44,590 bases of DNA from Bdellovibrionales bacterium (GTDB lineage Bacteria; Bdellovibrionota; Bdellovibrionia; Bdellovibrionales; DASUEL01), in NCBI GenBank assembly GCA_050250255.1, contig JBFWOZ010000024.1:1-44590 (forward strand). The letters are read 5' to 3'. Position numbers and translations under genes: made by a program. The notes under the pieces were generated by a model, which was not told the origin of the DNA, made no database searches, and saw nothing but the letters and a program-made list of their open reading frames with translations. Shown in pieces: positions 20,637 to 28,961 of the stretch (positions within the stretch are counted from its first letter, which is position 1; each line of letters starts with the position of its first letter).

Positions 20637-21749
20637 CTAGCCACCTTTCATGAAATTTTCAAATTCACTAATGAGCTTCGCTCCGCTGTCTTCACTTGGA
20701 GCATTCGGATCTGAAGGAGGAGCATCAGGAAGTTTTTCGGTTTCTGCGAGTAGTTTATCGGTATCGACTTCTCCGATAAGGCTCTCGGCACTTGCTTTAT
20801 CAGGAACTTGCGTGACTGGCTTAGGAGAATCAGGCAGTGGCCCTGTCTGCACCACAATCGGTGGTGTGGTAGGTTCTGCCGCAGGAGCCGCCGTTACCGT
20901 TGCTGCGGGAGCTGCTGTAGGAGCCACTACTACTGGTGTTGGTGCGGGCGCAGCAGCAGGAGGAGTTTCTGGTGCCGCGGCGGCTGCACTCGGAGGACTG
21001 ATAGGAATAGCCACTTCAGGTTCAGCGGCCTTAGAAGTCGCAGGTCCACCAGTCGGCGTTGCGGGTGGCGGAGCCGTCCCGACAAGAGCGGCAAACTTTT
21101 TAACATTGTCTGAAGAGTCTCCGGTTTCAGCCGCTTTTGAACTACTAAATTTCGACTTAAGAGAATCAAGTTCCGACTTCAACTTCTGGTTTTCTTGTTT
21201 ATACGTCGAAAGATTTGCAATATCATCTTCAATAATTTCGTACTCTGCGAGTTTTGCTTGCAGCTCTTTGATTTTTTCTTCGAGAGGTTTTGTGTCGACC
21301 GTCGGTGCTCCTACTGGTGCCGCACTTTGTGCTTTCTTAGCTTCTTCTAAACTTTTTTGAAGTTCCGCTAGCGTCTTTTCTTTGTCCTGCATTTCTCTAC
21401 GCAATCTTTCTAAATCTTGCGCTTGGGCTGCGGCAATTGCGGCTGCTTGAGGGTCCATCGTTGGCGCCGGTGCAGCAGCCGCAATAGGCACTACCGGAAC
21501 TTCGCTATCATGAATCAAGGATGCGGCTTTCTCAACTTCGATAGACGGTTTTGCGTTTGTAGATTCCAAAACTTGGCGTAAGGTTTTTTCAATATCTTTG
21601 AGAGACGAAGCGCTTTCTTCATCCTCTTTGCCGCGCAAAACAGATCGAAACAACACAAAAGACACGCTGGCTAATATTAAAATAATGAGTCCTTCAATAA
21701 GGATCACATTGTGTTTTAAAAACCACCCGAGAAATTGATCTAACGTCAT
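20637..21749 (-). CDS. Membrane-anchored coiled-coil protein with Pro/Ala-rich linker
   Basis: N-terminal TM, coiled coil (KLAEYEIIEDDIANL), PA-rich tract. Confidence 0.8.
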   Translation of the reverse strand: MTLDQFLGWFLKHNVILIEGLIILILASVSFVLFRSVLRGKEDEESASSLKDIEKTLRQVLESTNAKPSIEVEKAASLIHDSEVPVVPIAAAAPAPTMDPQAAAIAAAQAQDLERLRREMQDKEKTLAELQKSLEEAKKAQSAAPVGAPTVDTKPLEEKIKELQAKLAEYEIIEDDIANLSTYKQENQKLKSELDSLKSKFSSSKAAETGDSSDNVKKFAALVGTAPPPATPTGGPATSKAAEPEVAIPISPPSAAAAAPETPPAAAPAPTPVVVAPTAAPAATVTAAPAAEPTTPPIVVQTGPLPDSPKPVTQVPDKASAESLIGEVDTDKLLAETEKLPDAPPSDPNAPSEDSGAKLISEFENFMKGG

Positions 21750-21862
21750 GATTTAATTCTGAAAACGATCCGTCGGAAATGCAAGTTACATGGGCGGGAG
21801 AGAGGGGAACTCGACCTGCAACTGGACCTTCATCTATTTGAAACTTTTCTTTAGGCTAGGTC

Positions 21863-23005
21863 TCAAACTTCAGGCCTCGTGCCGATACAAGTCTTTGAAA
21901 CAAAACCTAAGCTTGTGTTTACGTTTTGAAAACCCATATCTTTCATATAATCTTCCATGGGATTTTCCACATAATGTTTATAAAAGGGCTCGTGGAAATA
22001 CATCGGAAACTGCTCAAGGGATGTATTGGCTGGCGACCAATCATTTTTCTGAAGCGAATCTACAAAAGTAAAAATGCCTCCAGGCTTTAACACGCGAAAA
22101 GCTTCTGCGAGAACTTGTTTCCGCTCTTCAGGTGGGAGTTCATGAAATAAAAAAATCGAAGTCACAACATCAAATTCGCCACTATTCAACGGGAGTTGAG
22201 TGGCATCGGCTTGAAGAAAATCAATACGATCTAAATCTGACAATTGTTTCTGTGCAAATTTCAAATAGGGATAACTAATATCTGTAGCAACAATCTTGGC
22301 TTGAGGAAAAGCGAGGCGCGTAAACCGAGTCGTACGGCCCGTTCCGATAGCGATCTCTAAAATTTTAAGCTTGGTGCCCGCTTGACCTCGAAGTCGTTCC
22401 TTTAATGGGCGAAGAAAAATTCTTCGCATCGCATCTGCAGAACCTGAGAAGAGTGTTTCCACTTGATGCTCATATAGTTCTGCAGACTGTTCGCTCAAAT
22501 AACCATCGGTTTGAAAATGAAAATTTCGCTTGTAATAGGCAGGCATGTCTTCAAGATATTTTTTTGCCTTTGAACTGAAATCTTTTGTTTTATTTCTTTT
22601 GCGACGCCAATAAATTTTAAAACCATCAAAAATTATTTTTGGAAACCTTTGGGCATGTCGATGAGGGGTTTCGGGCGTGAGAACCGAGAATGGGTAAATC
22701 CCTTCTCTCATATTCGTTGCGTCTTGTTTGAAAAGTTCAAAAATTTTCTCTCGAAAAAATGCCACTTCTTCTTTGGTATTTGAAGGTGGTGGCAACATAT
22801 TCTCTCCGCCCGGAAGGCTATGAGAAATCATGCTTAAAACTTTTTGTTGAGTGGCATAGTTCAAAGTTCTTAAAACGGAGTAGCCCAAAATTGGCCAATC
22901 AAGAATATCTTTTAAATTTACATTGCCTAAACTTGAGAAGTGACCTGATGGGGTCCCTTTTGCTTGGGCCTTAGCTTGTAATGATGAGCGCAATTTTTGG
23001 AACAT
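21863..23005 (-). CDS. Class I SAM-dependent methyltransferase (true start probably downstream of 22927)
   Basis: NFHFQTDGYLS, ILEIAIGTGR, FLFHELP, RVLKPGG, FHEPFY. Confidence 0.88.
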   Translation of the reverse strand: MFQKLRSSLQAKAQAKGTPSGHFSSLGNVNLKDILDWPILGYSVLRTLNYATQQKVLSMISHSLPGGENMLPPPSNTKEEVAFFREKIFELFKQDATNMREGIYPFSVLTPETPHRHAQRFPKIIFDGFKIYWRRKRNKTKDFSSKAKKYLEDMPAYYKRNFHFQTDGYLSEQSAELYEHQVETLFSGSADAMRRIFLRPLKERLRGQAGTKLKILEIAIGTGRTTRFTRLAFPQAKIVATDISYPYLKFAQKQLSDLDRIDFLQADATQLPLNSGEFDVVTSIFLFHELPPEERKQVLAEAFRVLKPGGIFTFVDSLQKNDWSPANTSLEQFPMYFHEPFYKHYVENPMEDYMKDMGFQNVNTSLGFVSKTCIGTRPEV

Positions 23006-23835
23006 GTCTTATTATACTCTACTTCTGCGCATGGTGCGCAGACCCAACCGGGATAGTCGCATCGCAAACATTCAATTTTAATAGTCCCAGGTTGGCCACA
23101 ATGCGGGCAAAGTCCACACTGAGTTGTTGGCTGAAGGTTTTGATCTAAAGCTACGCGATGATCAAACACGAAGCATTCACCTTCATAAAGCTCATTTGGA
23201 TAAGCCTCAAGGTAATTGAGGATTCCACCTTCAAGTTGGTAAACGCTCTCATAACCCTGTTTTTTCATTTCTTCGATGGCTTTTTCACAGCGAATGCCAC
23301 CCGTGCAGTAGATCAGATATTTTTTATCCTTTGGTAACGAAGCCTGCTGAAGCTTCTCCGGAAATTCACCAAACTCTTTGAGATCGAGTTCCTGCGCGTT
23401 TTTAAATTTCCCTAAGTTTGTTTCGTAGGTGTTTCGAGTGTCGAGCACAACAACACCTTCTTCTTGAAGCGCCTGATGAAATTTTTCTGGGCTTAAATGA
23501 GAATTGTTTTGAGCGGGCACCGGCATTTCAGGATCACCGATCGTGACGATTTCTTTACGAAGCTGGACTTTGTACCGCTTGAATGGGTGCTTGTGCCAGT
23601 AGCTATCTTTAAACAAAATATCTGTGTATTGCCAGGTCTCAGTGAAAAGCCTTTTAAAGTCCTGGATGGCGCTTTCCGTACCCGACACAGTGAGGTTAAA
23701 TCCCTCTTCAGAAAGGAGGATAAGACCCTGTAAGTTCAGCTGTTCTCCCACTCTTTGGAGGGTCTCTAAATAAGTAGGAACCGACTCCTTCGGAATATGT
23801 CTAAAGCTGTAAAAAGAGGTGATGGTAATGGCCAT
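22927..23835 (-). CDS. trhO: Rhodanese-related tRNA uridine(34) hydroxylase (TrhO/YceA family)
   Basis: EEGFN, DTRNTYE, YCTGGIRCEKA, QLEGGILNY, GECFVFDHR; start MAITITSFY. Confidence 0.85.
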   Translation of the reverse strand: MAITITSFYSFRHIPKESVPTYLETLQRVGEQLNLQGLILLSEEGFNLTVSGTESAIQDFKRLFTETWQYTDILFKDSYWHKHPFKRYKVQLRKEIVTIGDPEMPVPAQNNSHLSPEKFHQALQEEGVVVLDTRNTYETNLGKFKNAQELDLKEFGEFPEKLQQASLPKDKKYLIYCTGGIRCEKAIEEMKKQGYESVYQLEGGILNYLEAYPNELYEGECFVFDHRVALDQNLQPTTQCGLCPHCGQPGTIKIECLRCDYPGWVCAPCAEVEYNKTCSKNCAHHYKLRPKQKGPHQVTSQV

Positions 23836-23945
23836 GACACGGGTAATAAATGAGAGTGGTTTTTGAGTCAAGAAGAACGTCTCAGATTGAAACATTCAGA
23901 GTCCATGAAGTTATAGATTTAAACCCAGGACCCGATAAGTCAGAT

Positions 23946-24917
23946 ATGGGCGAAGAGATGGTCGCAGTTCCCATTAAAGAATTTATTTCGGGTTCAAAAA
24001 TCCCAGTGGATACCTATATTCGTTTGGGAAATACGAAATATGTTTTACTAGCACGCGCTGGTGAAACGATTCAAATGGATCGGCTGACAACTTACGAATC
24101 TAAACAGGTCGACCATCTTTATATTCGAAAAGCAGAATATTCAAAATATCTTGAAAAAAACATGACGATTGCAGGCATCGTCCTCTCCCGTCCTGAGTTT
24201 GATAACCGCAGAAAGGTGGAGGTGCTGGGCACCACTATGATCGGCGTGTTTCAAGAGCTAGAACTTGTGGGCCTCTCAGATCGTACTTTTGAACAAGCAA
24301 AAAGTATTTTTAAAAGCACTATCACTCTTGTAGAGTCCAAGCCAGTACTCGCAGATCTCTTAGAGGCACTCGCACGCCTCTCCGATGACTTACTCGCGCA
24401 CTCTATGGCTGTCTCACTCATCAGTATCGGTGTTGGCGAATGTATGGGATGGACTCAAAGCGTGACTCTCGAAAAGCTCGCACTCGGTGGTCTCTTTCAC
24501 GACATCGGCATGCGACAGCTTCCAAAAGCTTTGATCACAAAACCTTATGCACTTTTAGACTTTGAAGAAATTCAAGCTCTCGAAAGCCACCCGCAAAGGG
24601 GTGTGCAGATCATGCAATCCATGGGGTTCATTCCTGAAGATGTGATTTCTATCATTCATGAACATCAAGAAAACATGGCAGGCCAAGGTTACCCTCGTCG
24701 TCTAAAACATCACCGTGTCCATCCTTTAGCCCGGGTCGTTGCATTAGCTGACGCTTTCAGCGAACATATATTGAAGAGTATGAATAATCCCAATCCTAAA
24801 AATGCCTTAGAAGCTCTCAAGTACATTGTCGAGAACCAGGGACCACTCTTCGCGAAAGAAGCCATCAAAGGGCTCGATCAATTTGTGTTTCAAACGTCAC
24901 GTAAAAAAATAGCCTAA
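23946..24917 (+). CDS. HD-GYP domain protein
   Basis: AHS, FHDIG, HPQRG, HEHQENMAGQGYP, LAD; start uncertain (23850 or 23946). Confidence 0.88.
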   Translation: MGEEMVAVPIKEFISGSKIPVDTYIRLGNTKYVLLARAGETIQMDRLTTYESKQVDHLYIRKAEYSKYLEKNMTIAGIVLSRPEFDNRRKVEVLGTTMIGVFQELELVGLSDRTFEQAKSIFKSTITLVESKPVLADLLEALARLSDDLLAHSMAVSLISIGVGECMGWTQSVTLEKLALGGLFHDIGMRQLPKALITKPYALLDFEEIQALESHPQRGVQIMQSMGFIPEDVISIIHEHQENMAGQGYPRRLKHHRVHPLARVVALADAFSEHILKSMNNPNPKNALEALKYIVENQGPLFAKEAIKGLDQFVFQTSRKKIA

Positions 24918-24928
24918 ACGTTAGGTAG

Positions 24929-25849
24929 GTGGAAACCATGAAGATCTCACAGGGTGTTAAAAGACAGCTGTGGATTTCTTTTTGGGTGGTCTTCGTTTGG
25001 GCTGTCACAACACTCATCGTATTACGCGAACAAATTCAGCAAGTCGTGATGGGAGCAGGCCAAGAGGATGTTGCTCCTGCGGATGCCAAAGAATTTTCAG
25101 AACTGACTTGGGAAATTTTAGTGGTAGATCCTCAGTTGCGAACCAAGCTGTGGGCCAAGTATGAACAATCCAATCTTCAAGAAAAAGAAAATGCTTACAA
25201 AGCGGTCGTCCACATGTTGGAAGGTATTCCTCCCGAACAAGCCCAGCATTTGGTAGAACAAATGCTTGCGAGATCAGGAGATACAAGCTCTCGTTCGCAC
25301 CGACAAAAACTTTATGAAATGCTCGAGAGAATGATCACCCGTCACAAGCCAGTCATTCGCATCATCGCGCATTACGCAACAAAGAATCTGGAATCACATG
25401 TTGCGATCACCAAGAAAATAGATATTAAAAAAATGATGGATAACATTGAGTTTGAAATTCAAGACACCCCCTACAAATATTGTCTCGAAGGAAAGGACGA
25501 AGAGATTGGACGTTGCACTCAACAGCTTGCAAAAGGTCAACATCCTTCTGCCCTGGACCACATTAAGAATTTTTTTAAAGGAGAAAAAACCATTTCTCAA
25601 AGAAGCGAAGTTCTTATTGCACTCGCAAAAAATAAAGTGAGTTATGGCAAAGAGCATATTCCTCATCTTTTAAAGAGCGGAAACCCTATGGAGCTTAAAC
25701 TTGCTCTACGACTCATTCGCGAATACGGCTTAACAGATTATATTGCAGGTTTAAGAGAGCTTCAAAATCGCGCACCGGAAACTATTTCTCAGGATCTCGA
25801 ATCCACCATCAGTTATTTACTCACAACGCGAAAAACAGCTGGCGAATAA
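24929..25849 (+). CDS. Hypothetical membrane-anchored helical protein
   Basis: 306-aa ORF, N-terminal TM, helical-repeat-like C-terminus. Confidence 0.7.
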   Translation: METMKISQGVKRQLWISFWVVFVWAVTTLIVLREQIQQVVMGAGQEDVAPADAKEFSELTWEILVVDPQLRTKLWAKYEQSNLQEKENAYKAVVHMLEGIPPEQAQHLVEQMLARSGDTSSRSHRQKLYEMLERMITRHKPVIRIIAHYATKNLESHVAITKKIDIKKMMDNIEFEIQDTPYKYCLEGKDEEIGRCTQQLAKGQHPSALDHIKNFFKGEKTISQRSEVLIALAKNKVSYGKEHIPHLLKSGNPMELKLALRLIREYGLTDYIAGLRELQNRAPETISQDLESTISYLLTTRKTAGE

Positions 25850-25865
25850 ACTAAATCCACAAAAC

Positions 25866-27491
25866 TTATACAGAACTCGAAGCTGATGGCCTCATAGGCG
25901 GAGACTTCGGTGGTGGCTGTTGTGGGAGCGGCAAGACCGCTTCGGAGAGGCCTACGTTGGCTGGACCATTAATAACTTCCCCATAACAGTTGAAACGAGA
26001 TCCGTGACATGGACAGTCCCAGGTTTTTTCTACCGTATTCCATCGGACCACACCACCCAAGTGAGGGCAGGTCGCTGAAAATGTATGTGTTTCTCCGTCG
26101 GAATCTTTATAAACGGCCACTTTCGACAAACCTTGTGTAATGATGCCGCCCTCTCGAGGTTTAATGTTTTTGACCGAATCAATTCCACCCGCTAGCCAAT
26201 CTCCATATTGTGCCGCCGTATTGATATTTTCTTTGAGATAACTACCGAGCTCTTTCCAATTTTTCCGCCGAGGATCATAAAGTTTCGCCCATTCATTAGT
26301 TTTACCGCAAATTAGATCTTTTAAGAGAAGACCGGCAATTGTTCCATGTGTGAGCCCGTGCCCAGAATCGCCTGTCGCAATAAAAACATTTCGATGATCT
26401 CTGGGATTATGACCGACATATGCGAGTCCGTCTGTCGGCTCAACGATTTGTCCTGACCACTGGCAACTGATCGGATAATCAATTTTTAAAACTTTTTTGG
26501 CCCACAATTTGAGGTTTTTATAAGGCGATTCATTGGCAGGCTTTTGCCCAACACGATGATCTTCTCCGCCAATAATTAAGATATCTTCTTTTTTGTTAGG
26601 ATCGGATTGAAGCCTCACATAATGGTAAGGATCGCTCGCGTCCCAAATTAACATCGGTGGCATCATTCCGTGCGGAACCTTCATACCAATAATATAAGTA
26701 CGATAAGCTGCCTCTTTTGTATGAACAATCACTCGATTATTCATAGGGACATTTGTGGCAACAACACAGTAGTTACAGCTAACAATATGATTATGTGAAG
26801 TTATGACTTGCGCATTTGCTCCACCTTTTACATCGGTCACTTGAGTGTTCCAAAATATTTTTCCACCCAGGCGTAAAACACTCTCAACTAGACCGTACAT
26901 ATACTTTATAGGGTGAAATTGCGCTTGTTGCGGGAACATCAGAGTTTGTCCACTATTGAAAAAACTTACGGGGATTTGAGGAAATAATTCTACGTCTAAA
27001 AATCCTGCTACATGGCAGGCCGTTAATTCTTCAATCAGATGACGCATTTCCTGATTAGGTCCTAAAAATAAATATCCACTTACTCTCGAAAATTCACACG
27101 AAATATTTTCGGCAGTACAAATTTGTTCAATCGTATTGATAGCTGCCGTATGGCTTTCGAAGGCTAATTGACAGCCTCTATCCCCATGCCATTTTCGTAT
27201 ATTGTAATAACCATCATCGAGCGCATTTGAGAGATGGGCAGAAGTCAGTCCGGTTTCATTTCGACCTAAGGAATCCTTATCTAATACTACAACCTCATAA
27301 CCTTCTTTCAACAAAAGATAGGCTGTTGTTAAACCACTGATTCCCGCCCCAACTACAACTACCTGAGCTTTTAAATCCTTATTCAGAGGATTTGAGTCTC
27401 GTGTAGTTGGACCATCAGCACTTAATAATTTTTGCCATAAAGATTCACTCTTTTGATGTGTATGAATGTAAATAGGTTCCATGTGCTTCAC
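25866..27491 (-). CDS. FAD-dependent oxidoreductase with C-terminal Rieske domain (YhfW-like)
   Basis: VVVGAGISG; CPHLG...WDCPCHGSRF. Confidence 0.93.
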   Translation of the reverse strand: MKHMEPIYIHTHQKSESLWQKLLSADGPTTRDSNPLNKDLKAQVVVVGAGISGLTTAYLLLKEGYEVVVLDKDSLGRNETGLTSAHLSNALDDGYYNIRKWHGDRGCQLAFESHTAAINTIEQICTAENISCEFSRVSGYLFLGPNQEMRHLIEELTACHVAGFLDVELFPQIPVSFFNSGQTLMFPQQAQFHPIKYMYGLVESVLRLGGKIFWNTQVTDVKGGANAQVITSHNHIVSCNYCVVATNVPMNNRVIVHTKEAAYRTYIIGMKVPHGMMPPMLIWDASDPYHYVRLQSDPNKKEDILIIGGEDHRVGQKPANESPYKNLKLWAKKVLKIDYPISCQWSGQIVEPTDGLAYVGHNPRDHRNVFIATGDSGHGLTHGTIAGLLLKDLICGKTNEWAKLYDPRRKNWKELGSYLKENINTAAQYGDWLAGGIDSVKNIKPREGGIITQGLSKVAVYKDSDGETHTFSATCPHLGGVVRWNTVEKTWDCPCHGSRFNCYGEVINGPANVGLSEAVLPLPQQPPPKSPPMRPSASSSV

Positions 27492-27498
27492 CCTTTAG

Positions 27499-27813
27499 TT
27501 AGTTATAATAAAAAGTTGTTAACTGAGCCTGTGGTAAAGTTCGGGAACGAATGATACTTCGATGTTTTTTTTGTTCAGGAAAACCGAAGCTAATCATTTG
27601 GCCAAACAAACTCCCAATGACTCCGCCAACACCCGCGCCCGCAAGTGCTGAAACAATAGGGCCTGCAGAAATAAACGGTGCTAAACCTGGAATTGCTAAA
27701 GCTCCGACTCCCGCCAACCATCCGAGAACTCCGCCTATCGCTGCACCTGTAGTCAAACCAGAAGTTTTTTCTTCTGCTGCAACCTTAAAATTCCAATTGT
27801 GCTTATAAGACAT
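27499..27813 (-). CDS. Truncated paralog of the general stress membrane protein at 36101-36709
   Basis: GAAIGGVLGWLAGVGALAIPGLAPFISAGP glycine zipper; lacks both flanking domains. Confidence 0.7.
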   Translation of the reverse strand: MSYKHNWNFKVAAEEKTSGLTTGAAIGGVLGWLAGVGALAIPGLAPFISAGPIVSALAGAGVGGVIGSLFGQMISFGFPEQKKHRSIIRSRTLPQAQLTTFYYN

Positions 27814-27830
27814 ATTCCCTCCCTTTCTTC

Positions 27831-28178
27831 CTATCTGGGATAAGAAGAATTCACTTTTAATTTGTCTAAAATTGCATAGTCCTTTGCAATTTTTTGTACC
27901 GACATAACAACATGCTCCGCTTCATTTGAATCTTCAACATAACCACTCAGGGAAACAAGACCTGATTGGGGAATGGCAATTGTGATATTTTGGGCCTGAA
28001 TTGAAAGCGACTGATCCTGCCACAACTCTGCTCGAAGTTGGCGAATGAGATTTTCTTCAGAAGACAAATGATGATTCATTCGAACCTGAGTCGTTGAAGC
28101 TGTTAGCTTATATGGAAAATCTGCCAACACATTCATGCTTGCTGCTATAAAAATTAACAATGAAACCACGAACAGCAT
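27831..28178 (-). CDS. BON-domain protein
   Basis: Signal peptide; LSIQAQNITI, GLVSLSGYVE. Confidence 0.75.
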   Translation of the reverse strand: MLFVVSLLIFIAASMNVLADFPYKLTASTTQVRMNHHLSSEENLIRQLRAELWQDQSLSIQAQNITIAIPQSGLVSLSGYVEDSNEAEHVVMSVQKIAKDYAILDKLKVNSSYPR

Positions 28179-28219
28179 GGATATCTCCTCTTGAGTTAAA
28201 ACACGACACCCATGATAAG

Positions 28220-28235
28220 TGCTAAAGATATGCCA
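28220..28235 (-). promoter_or_regulatory. Putative sigma54 promoter
   Basis: TGGCATATCTTTAGCA (GG-N10-GC) upstream of 28178. Confidence 0.65.
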
Positions 28236-28325
28236 AAATAAAGTGGCGTCAAATTGCAGATGAAAGGGAGAGGGAGGTAAATTTACACTTTTAAAAAATA
28301 AATGGGGTTTATTTACTTAAAACAG

Positions 28326-28355
28326 AAAAAGATAGGGGCCCCGAAGCCCCTATCT
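28326..28355 (-). terminator. Intrinsic terminator
   Basis: AGATAGGGGC...GCCCCTATCT hairpin with T-run on the minus strand. Confidence 0.75.
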
Positions 28356-28381
28356 AACAGAATAACTTTGTGAAAACAAAG

Positions 28382-28621
28382 TTATTTCCTACGCGACATC
28401 ATTCCGACGGCGATTCCTACAGCTGCACACGCAGCTGCCACGCTGACTGCAATTCTAACGGGGTGTTTCTTAGCGTAATTAACAGAGGTTCCATATACGT
28501 TGGTGAGCGCTTCTTGAGCGGTATGCAAATACTCACCAGCCGCATCAAACACATGAGAGTCAACTGCCTTTAAGCGTGCGCCTGAAGAATGACCTTGGTC
28601 ATGAATAGCATTTTGTTCCAT
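28382..28621 (-). CDS. ElaB/YqjD (DUF883)-like tail-anchored protein
   Basis: VNYAKKHPVRIAV...VGMMSRRK C-terminal TM; GGAGG RBS before ATG 28621. Confidence 0.7.
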   Translation of the reverse strand: MEQNAIHDQGHSSGARLKAVDSHVFDAAGEYLHTAQEALTNVYGTSVNYAKKHPVRIAVSVAAACAAVGIAVGMMSRRK

Positions 28622-28678
28622 GCCTCCTCCTTCCCGTGAAAAAATGTTTTTCTTCCGTATCACATATCCACAAGACTA

Positions 28679-28786
28679 CTACATTTGTGGACGTCCAATT
28701 TCATCTTCAACCGCTCGGTCCCATACACGGCGGATATCACCTTTCACTTCGTTCCACTTACCTTTGATGAGATTTTCATTAATCAT
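28679..28786 (-). CDS. Short CsbD/YjbJ-like protein (35 aa, not in ORF track)
   Basis: MINENLIKGKWNEVKGDIRRVWDRAVEDEIGRPQM; AAGGAG RBS. Confidence 0.65.
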   Translation of the reverse strand: MINENLIKGKWNEVKGDIRRVWDRAVEDEIGRPQM

Positions 28787-28824
28787 GCACTTCTCCTTTA
28801 CTACAGGCCAACGCCCACTCTTGT

Positions 28825-28840
28825 AGCAACGAGTGGGCCA
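28825..28840 (-). promoter_or_regulatory. Putative sigma54 promoter
   Basis: TGGCCCACTCGTTGCT upstream of the CsbD-like ORF. Confidence 0.65.
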
Positions 28841-28961
28841 AGTTCAGAGAGGCATTAATTTCACTTGAGACACTCACAAGATACTGCACGTACATTTTTT
28901 CCCCATCGTAATTTCGAGTGTTGTAAATCTCAAAAAGATCCTTTATTTCCTAGTAGTAAGG

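Noticed and set aside
20650..21360. 236-aa plus-strand Gly/Ala-rich ORF
   Set aside because: Antisense shadow of the Pro/Ala-rich gene 20637-21749
28244..28258. TGGCGTCAAATTGCA as a plus-strand sigma54 promoter
   Set aside because: Spacing is GG-N9-GC and there is no credible plus-strand gene downstream
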